Origin: Raja brachyura | Lineage: Eukaryota | DNA length: 64,000 bases | Direction: 5' to 3' | Assembly: GCA_963514005.1 (NCBI GenBank) | Contig: OY740803.1 | Coordinates: forward strand, 12,400,001 to 12,464,000 | In this document: positions 25,943 to 38,949 of the stretch, piece after piece | How positions within the stretch are numbered: the stretch's first letter is position 1 | Layout: each line of letters opens with the position of its first letter | Notes under the pieces: generated by a model | Database searches by the model: none | Seen by the model: only the letters and a program-made list of their open reading frames with translations | What the model was told of the DNA's origin: nothing | Made by a program: the position numbers and the translations under genes

Positions 25943-25977
25943 AGTCTGAAGAAGGGTATCGGCCCGAAACGTTGCCT
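25943..25977 (+). ncRNA. Minimal type I hammerhead ribozyme motif (best-preserved copy)
   Basis: CUGAAGA, stem II GGGU/GCCC, GAAA, palindromic ACGU, GUU cleavage triplet. Confidence 0.6.
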
Positions 25978-26070
25978 ATTTCCTTCGCTCCATAGATACT
26001 GCTGCACCCGCTGAGTTTCTCCAGCACTTTTGTCTACCTTCGATTTTCCAGCATCTGCTGTTCCTTCCGA
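25943..26070 (+). mobile_element. Penelope-derived short repeat
   Basis: Same family as 16424-16512, ending CAGCATCTGCTGTTCCTTC. Confidence 0.8.
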
Positions 26071-27094
26071 AAAACTCAATTCCCTTTCCTGGTGAACCCT
26101 CATTAGTGTTCACCACTTTTCCATTTCACAAGGACCAATTCTTGGCTCTTGATTCTAAATTGTTTGGTTCACGGTAAATGGGACATGTCCTGAGGGAGTT
26201 AGTGTCAAGCGCGTAGAACCACTTTGGTATAGGGATCTTTAATCATGGTAACGTACTTCAGCACTTGTCAGACACTTGCCTGAACAAATCCTTTTACATT
26301 CATTTGCTTGACAGAATAATTCTCAGTGTAGAGTTAAAGCATTTTATTTTAATAGGGTGGAGGGATATTTTATGTGGATGCAACTGACTATAATTTGCAA
26401 CATTATCATTACTCTGAAAGGGAGTCAGAATTTGCTGATCTCTCTATGCAGGGCAGCGCTGACGAGAAAAACACTGGCATCTACAACACTGCGAAGAGAA
26501 AGCTAGGAAAATGTAATTTGGACTTCTGAAACGCCTGTCTTTTTTTAACAGATGTTTTCATTCCCCCTGAAGGGTATTTTAAATTCCCTATCAGTATGGC
26601 CACAATGGAATATTCCTTCTCCTCTTCAATGATTTATTATTTTCATTCTGTTACACACCTTTTTTATCCCTGCAGTTTTCTGTCTCTTAGGATTGCTTGA
26701 GATTGCTTATAACTGGCCTCATTCATTTTCCTTTCCCGGACATCTTTGTGACTGTATTGTACTTGCACCAGAACTCTTAGAATATAAATCTCACAACACT
26801 TTAAATGTAATGGCAGCTAGGGAATCTCTCATATGCCAGCGTTATGGAGCAGCATTTTTTTAAATCTTAACAACTAAATTGCAAGTGTTGTGGCTGCTTT
26901 ATTTTAGCCTTTATTAGGAGGTCTGCAGTTAGTCACAGAGAAAGCTAGATTGGATGTGGAGGGATTTTCTATTCTATTGGCCTTTTGGGTATTCATATAT
27001 GTGTGTATGGATTGTGTTGCAGTTGGATTAGATTAGATGCTTCAAAGACACACTGAACATTCTTCATGTTAGACGTGTCCCTGTAATTGAACAC

Positions 27095-28327
27095 CAATAA
27101 GCCCGATCTGCAAACTCTTCCACAGATGGGGCAGGAGATAGCTGCAGGGATGAGCAGGGGATAGTTTGTGAGGTGGTCCACTACCTAGGCTGCCTCCACA
27201 GAGCTTCTATGTGCTTCAGATGCCAGGCCTTGATGTTCTCAATGTAATCCCGATGATGAATGGACTGCCCAACATCTGTGGCCTTGCGGTGCACGTCCAT
27301 TCAAACATTTGTGGAGGTAAACATGATGATGTGTCAGATAGCCATTGTTGCCAATCCATTGCAGCAAATGCTAGGTCAAACCGCTACTATCAAGGCATCT
27401 CAAGAATCTGAACACAAAATACACATACTATTTCTGCAACATCCTCCAAATTCACTGGAAGAATAAGTGAACTCATGTCAGTCTCCCATCCCAGGGCAAT
27501 ATCCCCAATGCTGAAGCCTAGTCACACGCAGCTGGCTCCAATAGCACAGGCCATATCCTTTGCAGGCCCTGGATAAAAAATTGTAACAGAATGAAAATAA
27601 TAAATCATTGATGAGGGTGCCACAGTGGTTTAGTGGTGGAGTTGCAACCTCACTGCACCAGAGACCCGGGTTCCATCATGATCTCAGGTGCTGGCTGTGT
27701 GGAATTTGCACATTCTCCCTGTGACTGCGTGGATTTCCGGTTTCCTCCTTCCACATCGCAAAGATGTGTGGGTCTGTACGTTAATCGGCCTCTGTAAACT
27801 GCCCCTAGTGTGTTGGGAGTGGGAGAGAAAGTGGTATAACATAGAAATTAGTGTGAATGGTTGATGGATGGTTGGCTTGGACTCAGAATGCTGAGGGGCC
27901 TGTTTCCATGCTATATCTAAACTAAATTAAACCAGGATCTCAAAATGGTTAGATTATCCTGAGTCCTACCATGGCAAGGTGATATTACCTGGTGGACAAA
28001 AGAAAATATTCAAGAATGTGCGCAAAATCCTCATTACCGGGAATCTCTAATCTATGATGGCCTACAGTAGAGATGAAACAGCCTGGATTACATTGAGAAC
28101 ATCAAGGCCAGGTAATAGGAGCAGTTAGAAGCTCTGTGAAGGCAGCCAAGGTAGTTGACCACCCCACAAACTATCCCCTGCCCATCCCTTCAGCTACCTC
28201 CTGCCCCATCTGTGGGAAATGTTTGCAGCCTCGTTGTCCATCTCAGAATCCACAAACCTGGAATGGAAGCATCCTCAATCTTGAGGAACTGCCCAGGAAA
28301 CAGTTGAAGAAGAAGAAGAAGAGAAGA
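27095..28327. mobile_element. RTE-like LINE 3' remnants in inverted arrangement (minus about 27095-27390; plus about 27400-28327, interrupted by a SINE)
   Basis: Both encode SCPICG; 27107-27208 is an inverted match of 28127-28228; (GAA)n tail at 28306-28327. Clade is inferred. Confidence 0.5.
27615..27932 (+). mobile_element. HE1-like SINE
   Basis: tRNA-like head, central domain and CTAAA tail. Confidence 0.85.
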
Positions 28328-29726
28328 TTGGCTTCATTCATTGAGTTAGAGGTTTTGTACACACTGCTCCCCTAATCAGTATTGGTAAATATTTCCCTTA
28401 TTGGAGGGAAGATGTTGAAATCTCGGATGATGTTCTTCATACTTTGAGCAATAATGGCTAGCTTTGTGTTCAGTGATAATTTAACCACTGCCATGTTAGA
28501 TGTTGGACAAGTGGGGCTCGTGAGGTGCAAAGACAACAAAGGTGTGGATTTTGAACAGGTTCACAAGATGATCACACATTGACGCCGAAAGTGGAAATTC
28601 GAGGAACTCTCTGCAACATTGCTTTGAGGACTGTGGGAAATCATAGACTGTTTCTTAATGACTGAGCTGATTACATTTCTTACAATATCTCACATAACAT
28701 GCTCCTATTTACACTCCAGGGTGAAGATTAACTTGTGCATCTTAACCTCCTTTGTGCCTTTCAGTAAAACCATTTCAATTATAACTCTTGAGTTTTATCA
28801 AACACATTTATTTTAACATAAAGAATCCAGCCAGGAGCCACCAACTTCAGTCTTGATCCTTCTTACTGAACTCAAAGAAACCTCCTGCATATCTTCCAGC
28901 AATCAGACCAAGCAAAGACCAGCTCAGACTTTAAATACAGGACATTAATCCCACAATACACTTTATGCAATAAATAGGTAGAGCTTTGAATTTTGCAGCA
29001 AGATTCTGGAATTCCTTATCCAATCTTCTTTAACACATGGATTTTAGCTACAACTGCGGAGGTGGTCTGCTGGTAAACAAATAAAATTTGGTGGGATGGG
29101 ATTACTGAACAAAGTGAGAAAATTTCCTTAGATCACATTGAAGATACATGAAACATGGCAACAATAGTTAGTTAATCCTCATAGCTCAACATAACATGAT
29201 GAACATAAACTCAGCACACAGGATTTTGAAAGATGATAAAATAAATCTTTTTTTATTAAACTCAATGAGGTCTTTGATTTTTTTAAAATATTGAGTTAGA
29301 AAGGAGAGGGACAAAACTTAAATCTTTCTGTTTTTAGCAACTAGTATCTGCATCTGGCTAATCAGGCATGTTGCAAAGTTGATGCAAACGCCTATGATCA
29401 GCTTCACCTTTAAATTCCCATTAAAACATATCCAGACCCACCAAGTCTTATTTCTTGAGTGTATTGTTATGTCCCAAGAACATTGATGAAGGTTTATTGT
29501 GAAACGGCACCAGTTCAGCACATTTTAGTGAAAATTTAAAAAACTGGACTCTCAATCAGCCGCAGGCAACAGGAAAACGAGAGCAGTAAAACAATTTGCA
29601 TTCAACTGATTCCTGAGAGCCACAATCCATTCTAAATATCACCACACTCTCAGCTGCTTCTGAATAGAGTCATGATCTATACTGTCTAACATGGGACTCA
29701 AACTGTCAGACCCCTACTACTGTCAG

Positions 29727-29972
29727 TGTGTAGGAAGGAACTGCAGATGCTGGTTTGCACCAAAGATAGACACAAAATGTTGGAGTAACTCAGTGGGACA
29801 GGCAGCATCTCTGGATAGAAGGAATGGGAAACGTTTCGGTTCGAGACTCTTCTTCAGATTGAGAAGTCTGAATTCTCCCTAGTCTGAAGAAGGGTCCTGA
29901 AATGTCACCCATTCCTTCTATTCAAAGATGCTGCCTGTCCTGCTGAGTTACTCCAGCATTTAGTATCTATCC
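29727..29972. mobile_element. Inverted pair of Penelope-derived short repeats
   Basis: Minus copy 29727-29860 and plus copy 29881-29972. Confidence 0.8.
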
Positions 29973-30059
29973 CAAGTACTGTCACTCTTGTACGAGGGCC
30001 TTGGCATTCCACCACAGCCTCGCAGCGATGGTCATTTCCAGTTTCTGGCTCAGTCTTTC

Positions 30060-30390
30060 CTTGGTGACCACCCCACTGTTGTCAGGCTTCGACCTTGGAT
30101 CTGATTTCCCCACTGTTGTTAGGCTTGGTCCTTAGAGCTGACTACCCCATCGCTGTCTGATTTGAAATCTTGGACCTGACCACTATACCGCTGTCAGGCA
30201 TGGACCCTGGAACCTGACTATCACACCGATGTTGGGCTTGGAATTTGGGCCTGACCACACTACTGTTTCTTAAGCTCAGACCCATTGACATGACCACCCC
30301 ACTGTTGTTGCATTTGGACCTTGCACCTGACCATCCACTGTTGTTGTGTTTGGACCTTAGACCACCCTACTGTCCTTGGGCTTGGACCCA
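30060..30390. repeat. Degenerate minisatellite, unit about 35-40 bp
   Basis: Recurring CTGACCACCCCACTGTTG..GGCTTGGACC. Confidence 0.6.
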
Positions 30391-30669
30391 TACCCAACCC
30401 CATACCAAATTCTTCTCCATTTCTTCACTCCTCACCCTGTCCCACTTTCCTCCCTCTCATTCTCTCTTTGATCTCTTTCTGCACCTCTCTGTAGTATTTC
30501 CTTGTCTCAAACCTAGAGTGTGAGGTCGGTAGTGGGTAGAACAAAGTTGTTTGATAGTGGGCCTGAGTTAGCGGACAATAGGGATTGCAAGAATGCAGAA
30601 TCAGAGGAATGCAGAGACCCATGGGTCGGTGTACTGGAGAAGCCGACAGAAATAGGGGCAAGCTCAAAC

Positions 30670-30855
30670 AAGATTTTGCAACCAAATAACCTACCAACTG
30701 GCATGTTTTTGTGGTGGACGCATACTCACGCAAATAAAGGAAATTCTTGGAGTGACAGAGAGAACATGCAAACTCCACACTAACAGCACCAGCAGTCTGT
30801 ACCGAACCTGGGCTTTCAAAGCTGTGAGGCAGAAGCTTTATTAGCCATGCCACTG
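30670..30855 (-). mobile_element. Old HE1-like SINE remnant
   Basis: GAGAACATGCAAACTCCACAC..GCTGTGAGGCAG. Confidence 0.6.
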
Positions 30856-31418
30856 CAATCCATTCTACTAGTATTTACCGTTAATCATTAATTTATTTTT
30901 TCTCCTTTTTAACTTATGCCACAAAAAATGTCAAAATAATTATTTTTATTTTCTTCAGTCCGAGGAAATATAATTTGGATCTCACTATTTAGATAATTTA
31001 TACTCAGGGTTCACAGATCCCAATCCATGTTGCTATATTGAGGTAGAATTATACAGAAAGCAGTGATGCAGATTCAAATGGATAACTATTGAACAATAAA
31101 TGCACTCGTACAAACTTGAGTTCATGTGGAACAGTAGCACAGTGAAAAATACAAGGCACTGGTTACTCACTGTGCCTGACAGTCAAGTGTACATGGCTTT
31201 GCTTAATGGTCAATGGACTCATCAGTATACATGTTGTCCTTTACTTTCACTTTCCCTGGATAATTATTATCGAGCCAAGCACTCGTATCAATGCATATGG
31301 TGAACAAGATGAATGCATTGCAGCTACAGAAAATAGTTAGTCTCTCAGGCTCTTCTTCAAGGCACTGAGAGGCGAAGATTTCCCATTTGTCAGAGGTTAA
31401 ACATTATCCTCATTGAGT

Positions 31419-31513
31419 TCTGAAGAAGGGTCTCGACCCAAAACATCACCCATTCCTTCTCTCCAGAGATGCTGCCTACCTGGCCCGCTGAGTTGCTCCA
31501 GCATTTTGTGTCT
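31419..31513 (+). mobile_element. Penelope-derived short repeat
   Basis: CTGAAGAAGGGTCTCGACCCAAAAC. Confidence 0.8.
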
Positions 31514-31631
31514 CGCCTCATGGAGTTCTTCTTCATTAAATATGCTGATTGTCACTGTCAGGTTTTGACCAGTATAGTTTGTTTGACTCTGTGCCTCTTG
31601 CTATTCCGTGATTATTATTTGTCACCTACAG

Positions 31632-31856
31632 TTTCGTAAATTCAGTGAAGAGGAGGGAGTAAAAGTGACCTGATTGCAGAAGCACATAGCATGTCACGTT
31701 TGTCTTTGTCTGCGTGTGCAAACATTATCCTTCCATTTCAAAGACCTGCCAGTTTGTTAAATAGATCCATGAAAGACAGAGTGCTGCTTATTCTGGTGGA
31801 GCTTTCAAGTAGTAACCAAGAACAACTTGCAGTTCTTTGATCAAATTCACAACATG
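31632..31856 (+). other. Candidate non-coding (5' UTR) exon
   Basis: Unique sequence between TTTGTCACCTACAG and ATG|GTAAGT. Confidence 0.3.
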
Positions 31857-31990
31857 GTAAGTAGGAGGTAGGTTCACATCACCGTGGGAGTTTTTTATGT
31901 AGTGATGTAAATCCATGTGGGCAGTATGGACTCTGAAGAATGATTAGACTTGGTAAGATGTCACTTTTCCTTGTTTGTGCTGCATTTCAG

Positions 31991-32068
31991 AGGATCTGTG
32001 CAATGACGGCTTTGTGTTAAGAAGATGGAACTTCTCACGATCGCTCAAGTTCAATTTTGTTGTTTCAA
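31991..32068 (+). other. Candidate exon, possibly with a start codon (MELLTIAQVQFCCF)
   Basis: Polypyrimidine-TTTCAG acceptor, AAGATGG Kozak context, CAA|GTAAGT donor. Peptide not recognised. Confidence 0.35.
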
Positions 32069-32114
32069 GTAAGTATTTTTTTACTTATTTCTCAAAAGGC
32101 ATCCCACATGTTGG

Positions 32115-32280
32115 ATAGGCATCTGTGGAGAAAAGGAATAGGTGCCGTTTTGGGTCGAGATCCTTCTTCATCCAAAACGTCACCTATTCCTTTTCTCCAG
32201 AAATGCTGTCTGACCCACTGAGTTACTCTATCTTTTTTGTGTCTATCTTCGGTTTAAACCAGCATCTGCAGTTCCTTCCC
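32115..32280. mobile_element. Inverted pair of Penelope-derived short repeats
   Basis: GGAGAAAAGGAATAGGTG mirrored by CACCTATTCCTTTTCTCC. Confidence 0.8.
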
Positions 32281-33237
32281 GCATGTTGGAGATGATCTGG
32301 CATATTTCCCAAACTAGCAGTTTACATGCAATTTTACACTGCTCATTAGAATAGTCACCATACCTCCTGCTCATGTTCTTCACCCTCCTACAACTCCCTA
32401 AATGGAGTTGTATCTCTAATAAGAGAAGTTTACAGCTCCCTCAGGTCAGAAAGTTCAAAAGGATTGAATGCCAAATAAATAATGGTTGAAGACATTTCTG
32501 ACCCTCTTTGGACAATAATCCATTCTGAGAGCTCCATATCCCTGATATTGTTCCTAAATATGAATGACCTGAGTGACTTTATCATTCACTAAGGCAGATG
32601 TAGTGCGATGTGCTGGTACAACAGTTAAAATATTATCCTTAATATCAAGTGGATTGTCACGCTCAAAATCCAACAATGCACACTGATATTTCTAATTCCC
32701 AAATGCTTACCCTGTTCGCTAATATCCTTCAGGAGAGGAATCTGTGATTCATTGGCCAGACTGGCCTATTTGTGACTCCAGACCAAAACTATGTGTTTAA
32801 CTCTGAAAATATCTAACACGCCACTCAGTTATTATAAATGTCTCACCACCACCTTTTAAAAAGGGCAATTAGGAATTGGTAATAAATAAAAACAAAAATG
32901 CCATTCACTGGAAACATTCAGTATATGCCTTTATGCATGAAGGGCAACTGGAATAAGATAGCAAATCACAGGTGTGTAAATCGAATGTCAGTGGAGTTAT
33001 TGGAGAATATTCTGTGGGACGGGATTAACCAATATTTGGAAAAGCAGGGACTAATTAAATAGATGGCGTTGTTCAGAAGTCCTATCTGACCAATGTGATT
33101 GCCTTTTTCAGAGGTAACTGAGTGCAGCAGAGCCAAGGTTGCTACTTTGCTCTGAGATGTAATGCTTCCCTCCCTCCCCCCCCCCCCCCCCCCCCCCCCC
33201 CCGCCCTTGTGCTGTATTGTTCTGACCATCCAACCTA

Positions 33238-33412
33238 CTTCAAGTATTCAAGAGAGAGTTAGATAGCTCTTAGGGTTAACGGAATCAAGGAATATGAGGA
33301 AAAAGCAGGAACGGGGTACTGATTTTCAATGATCAGCCATAATCATATTGAATGGTGGTGCTGGCTTGAAGGGTCGAATGGCCTACTCCTGCACCTATTT
33401 TCTATGTTTCTA
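33238..33412 (+). mobile_element. CR1/HER1 3' end
   Basis: Conserved 3' UTR and CTATGTTTCTA tail. Confidence 0.85.
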
Positions 33413-34526
33413 AGCATGGTTGCGGTCACATAAAGCAGCATCCTCACCTTTATCACCCAACAAAGGATGCTGGCACAATCAAATTTCACAGCCTTTTTGT
33501 TTTACTACTTATTGTTATTTTATTGTTGTAATTTCATTAATTAATCAAGATTTAGTATATGAAATAAATGCTGTTTACATGAAATGGCATAACTGTAACC
33601 TGTGATTTTTTCTGAAGTTCATCGATTGTTCATTCAGATTAACGCAGTCCGACCCTGTGGCAATGCAATATCAGCTGATTCGCGATTAGTTTTACTGAGA
33701 CTGGTGACAGGTTTTCCCAGAGGATTAGGATGGTGGAAAGAACTCTCTCTCTGTGATTGTCTCATTTATTTTACTTTTGCTTCTGTAAAAGAGCAAATTG
33801 CATTTAGTTCTGAAGATCTGAAGCATACCCATGCCTTTTGGCAATGAAGACTTGTCTATTAGAATGCACAGGGTGATAGATTTAGTCCATATGTTCAGCT
33901 TTGTTGGTGTTGTACCTCACTGGATATTAGACATTTTCGCAGGTTATGTACTTTTTGCAGCCATATGGGGACTAATCAATTGCACTTCAGAGAGTCATTG
34001 GAAAAATGAAAATCACGCCAGCTAAATAAATAGAAAAGCAACATAGAAGTTCCTGAAGAAATCAGCCATATTCTCAACGTGCGGAAGCATTCAGCCTATT
34101 GCCCGCCCCTCACCATTGCTACCTACACCCCCTCCCTGCCCCTTCCACCTCCAACGCCATCCCAACAGCAATATGATCACATATTAAAAACTATTCTTTC
34201 CATTGGTGGCTTTTGTTTAGCAATTTTTCTTTCCATTGGAAGCTAATTACCAATCCTTATTTCTCCACTGCGCCAGAAAAAAAACCCATCAGTTGATTTT
34301 AACAATTACCTTACATCTCTGGTGCAATGTACAACATATACAAACTCAGCGAATAGACTGACTGCTAGCTAACTGTATTTCCTACGGCGTTGGAAAACTA
34401 AATAGTGATAAGCATTATTTAATTGTTTAATAAAACTCTGATAATAATGCTATGCAAAACAGAGCTAAGGGCCCTTCTCAGAGCAATAGATCTACTTGTG
34501 GTTGTATTTAACATTCTGATCACGAA

Positions 34527-34642
34527 CGAGACCCGAAACAGCACCTATAAATTTTCTCCAAAGATGCTGCCTGACCCACTGAGTTACTCCAGCTTTTTGC
34601 GTCTATCTCTGGTTTAAACCAGCATTTGCAGTTCCTTCCTCC
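34527..34642 (+). mobile_element. Penelope-derived short repeat
   Basis: GACCCGAAAC..GATGCTGCCTGACCCACTGAGTTACTCCAGC. Confidence 0.75.
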
Positions 34643-35777
34643 ACATTGTGCTCACGGAAATACATAATCTTTGGAATAGAACGAGCCCACCGTGCTAATG
34701 GTAGTGTTTTGAAAAAGATATTCAATGAATCCCTTCACTAGATGGAATATTAACACTCTTTCTTTCCCTACAATAAAGCTGCTTTACCTACTTCCAGTAT
34801 TTACGGCTTTTATTTCAGATTTTCTGCATCTGCAGTATTTCACTTTTTGATATTTTGTTTGTCTTGACACCTCATCCCCAATAGCTAAGTTTTGTTTTTT
34901 GGCTAATTCTTATATACCAAAGCCTATACCTAATACCCTGGGAACGATTAGTGCAGAATCATTCTCCACCCATCCAACCGTCCTTTCATACATTGCATTC
35001 CAGGTTATATATAAATGTGTGATCCAAAAACATTCCTTTCCATTCCCTTTTGCCAATGACTTTAACATCATGGGTATGAACTTTGGCTGTGTTTGATAGG
35101 TAAATTAAGGAGTTGTAAACATTATAGAATCAATTTGTTCTTTGAGAAAAGAAACTAAAAACAAATACTGTAGTAAATTGTAGTAAATAGTAAATACTGA
35201 TTCTTAATCCCTTCATTAGGAATCAGTATTTACACAAAAATAATAATAAATTATTGAACTAATAATAATAAGTCAAGTCAATTGACCTGGAGACTTCAGC
35301 TTGAACCCCACCATGACAAATGTGCAATTTAAGGGCAAGGATTCAAATAACTATAGTCACAACCCCATATCAAAAGCATTTAGTTGCTGTAAATGTCCAT
35401 TTCCTTCACCAATCTTCTTTAGGAAAGTTGACTGCTGTCCTGATGGATTGATTCAATTCAATCTTTAATTGTCATTGTGCAGTGTACAATACAGAGACAA
35501 TGAAATGCAGTTGGTATCTCCGAAGGGCGATCTTACGAATGAACAAGTAATGCACAGTAGTATGAGTATTGCGCAGTAGTATGAGTTAATATACATCTAT
35601 ACATATACAGTGTCCGGGGGGGTGGGGGGGGGGGGGGTGGAGACAGGCAGTCTCATGTGGTCTCATGATCTCCATGAGACCACAAATAACACCAATTTAA
35701 TAAATGCTTCACTGGCTTTTGAATTGGCCGAGGAGTAACCATCATCCTAAAATCCATTAGTTGAAATTTTCCTAAAC

Positions 35778-36012
35778 ATATAGAGACATAGAGTCATAAA
35801 GTGATAGTGTGGAAACAGGCCCTTCAGCCCAACTTGCCCATGCCAGCCAACATGTCCCAGATACTAGTCCCACCTGCCCACGTTTGGTCCATATCCCTCC
35901 AAACCTGTCCTATCCATGTACCTGTCTAACTGGTTCTTTAAGATGTTGGGATAGTCCCTGCCTCAACTACTTCCTCTGTCAGCTTGTTCCATACACCCAC
36001 CACTTTTTGTGT
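35778..36012 (-). mobile_element. CR1-like LINE 3' end
   Basis: Reverse homology to 14710-14890 and 44980-45200. Confidence 0.8.
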
Positions 36013-36205
36013 GAACTCACTAAATTTTGGGAGGGGACCAGCAGATTGATAAAAGAGTAAATAAATAAAAGAGCCTTGTGTAAAAAGGGAGGCAGACCGA
36101 AGGCAGGGAACCTTAGGCCAATTAGTTCAACATTTCCTGTTGGCAAGATGCTGGAGTTAATAATGAACAAGCAAACACCTAATCATTTAGGAAAGATGAA
36201 TATAA

Positions 36206-38946
36206 TAGTAAGATTAAACAAGAACTTACCAGTTTGAAGTTTGATCTTTATTTTATGAGGAGTTACGATGAGCGATTACATGAAGAAGGCTGTCAGCCCG
36301 CATGCGCGTCAATCTGCAAAGCAGCGGTGTGAAATCACAGATAATAATGGTTGAACTGAACATAGTAAGATTAGAGAAGAGTAGAACTACCAGATGACCT
36401 TTATGATACGAGGGTTGGGAGCGGTGGGCACGTATTCGCTCATCGTAACGCTCAATACAATAAAGATCAAACTTCAAACTGGTAAGTTCACGTTTCATCT
36501 TACTATTTTACTTCGGATTCACGTGAGTGACTGCGAGACGATTTCAAAGCTCTGTGATTTCATGCCGGAAACGACTCCATGTGTTACACACTGCATGAAG
36601 TGGGCATGGATGAGTGAAAAAGATTAATGTTAAAAATGCTGATGCTTTAATCATCAAAGGAAAATAATAGTGACCCCTCTCATCTAGAGGCAAACCATAA
36701 AACAGAATGTAAAATGGAGTTGGCACATACCCCCGGTTTGGCAATGGGTTATTATTAAGTGTTGGGAAAGTATGTTTGTTTGACCATCCTGCAGCTGCTA
36801 GGATGTGGTCCAGTGGAACGTACATAACCCTTGGAGCTGATGTAGTAGCAGCCCTGGTGGAGTGAGTGTTGAAAATATTAGTATCGGCTCATGCATTAGC
36901 CAAAATCCCATTTTAAACACCTGGAGATGGTAGAACTAATACCTTCTAATGACGTTTTTTTGTATCTAGCAAACATTGCTAGTTTGGAGCCTTTAAGGCT
37001 CGAGGTGACCTAGACGTATTGTTGTAAATGTGTGTCCATACATTACCGAAGGTCCATGGGGTATGCCATGAAAAGTAGTTTGAGACCTAATGCCCCTGGT
37101 TTGTTCTGGTTAATTAAATCAAAAACATAAAATATTATGTTATTAGCAGATGTAACCATCCTGTCCAGTCGCAGTTTATGTAGTGACTGGACCCATTGCA
37201 CTGAGACCGCAGGAATAGTCGGCTGCAAGTCAATGAATTAATTTAGCATGCAGAGGCTGGTTTCCCGAGCCACAGGCTGAACCAGCAAACTTTTATGTTT
37301 TGAATAACCATATAAGGTTCTATATTATTCCCAACATTAGCGGGAACCATGGCTGCGTATGCCAGTCAGGCAGTTCGAAAAGCCACAACCCCATGGTCCA
37401 CAACCCCATGTTTGTGAAGACCCAGACCCACCTACCTCCATGGCTACTGGTGGTCTTATGGTAAGCCAAAAGGCCGCTGATGTGGGTTATTTTTCCCCTC
37501 CTTGATTGGAGAGTAGGACTGGTAGGGTGCGTGGATTCCATATTTTCCCTAAGACCGGCTTGGGCCTTGGTCTGAAACCTCATCATACTGAGCCTGCCTC
37601 GTAAGACAATTCTGGCCATAATTCTGAGCCTGTCTCGAAAGACAACTCTGGCCATATTTCCATGCCCAGCTTTCAAGCTGCCACTTGAACCATGAACAAT
37701 GAACCGCTTACCCCCGATGGAGGCATGGGGTGTGTCGTCGCTTACCGATGAAGCTTTGCCTTGATTAGTCCGACACCTTTTTGCTTCCTCATCCTGGTCT
37801 TACCTGTGGGATAAGTCTTACCTGAAGAGAGGATTCGGCAGCTGGTTTCATTTCCTGGATTTCATGCCCTCCAATGTCACCCTAATAGCACTGTTCACTG
37901 CCGGCACTTGTAGTGTGAGGGAACTCTGGCCCCTTCCGAGTATTCTGCTAACGGCTGGAGACCAACTCTTCCGGCAGCAACACCTCCGTTCGCGAGTATC
38001 TCTTGAAGCCATATGCATGTGCTCCAGTATGTTCCACCGACATACTTTCAATTTTGAAGTCAGTTACACACTGACCACTCGCACTCCCCTCCACGGCGAG
38101 GGAGATTCGTAGGCAGCCCTGAAAACAGGTGCCTGTGCCGTGGGCCCCCGAGGAGACCCGCGCTGATAACTCCCTCCTTTGGAGTATCATTGTGGAGCAA
38201 CCTCTCCATCAGGTGCTCCACGTGGGTTTAGACATCTGCAGACGCTACCCATTGAAGGAGGGGAACCCCCCTGGCCTGACTCCCCTAGTCCACAGGCCTG
38301 ACTGTCTTACTTTTGGTTTTACCCCCTTTCTGGGGACCCACAGCGGTCTGGAAGTGGCTGACCGTTATATGTTGGAGGGGTCCCTCCTGGCCTGACTTCC
38401 ACAGGCCTACCCGACTTGCTGTTGGTTTTACCCCCTCCTGGGAACCACAGCGGTCTGGAAGCAGATGACCCCTGTATGTCAGGTGGGACCCTCCTGGCCT
38501 GACTTCACAGACCTTGCCTGCATGTGGTTTATTTTACCCCCATCCTGGGACCCACAGCCGGTCTGGAAGCCACTGACTGTGTTTGTCAGTGATTTGGGTG
38601 GCAAACCCGATGGCCGCCGGCTACCCGCACTTCCGCGGTCTCTGTAGCAAGTTCCCCCTGGTCCCGGTATCCGTGGTCCAAGACCGGGATTCCCTGCGCT
38701 CCTTGACTGGTTTCGCGGCCTGTCCGCACTTCGCTCCAGCAGGTACATCCCTGAACAGAGATTCCTGCAGAAAAAGAAAACACAAAACCTGGGAATAAGG
38801 TGAAACTTACCGTCAGGTTTAACTTACCGCTGGACAGAGCAACACTTCCTCCAGTCGGCTCATTGCGCAAAGCGAGTCAACGTAATGACGTGCATGTGGG
38901 CTGATGGCCTTCTTCACGTAGTCACTCACGTGATTCCGAAGTAAAA
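36206..38946 (-). mobile_element. Internally deleted DIRS element with both ends, ICR, gag part and YR 3' half
   Basis: Termini TAGTAAGATTAAAC (36206) and GTGATTCCGAAGTAAAA (38946); ICR junction CTTACTA|TTTTACTTCGG near 36500; YR remnant LDHILAAAGWSN. Confidence 0.9.
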
Positions 38947-38949
38947 TCA

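Noticed and set aside
33172-33203. Long poly-C/poly-G runs as functional G-quadruplexes
   Set aside because: Such homopolymers occur throughout the window, often inside repeats, and their lengths are unreliable in assemblies.
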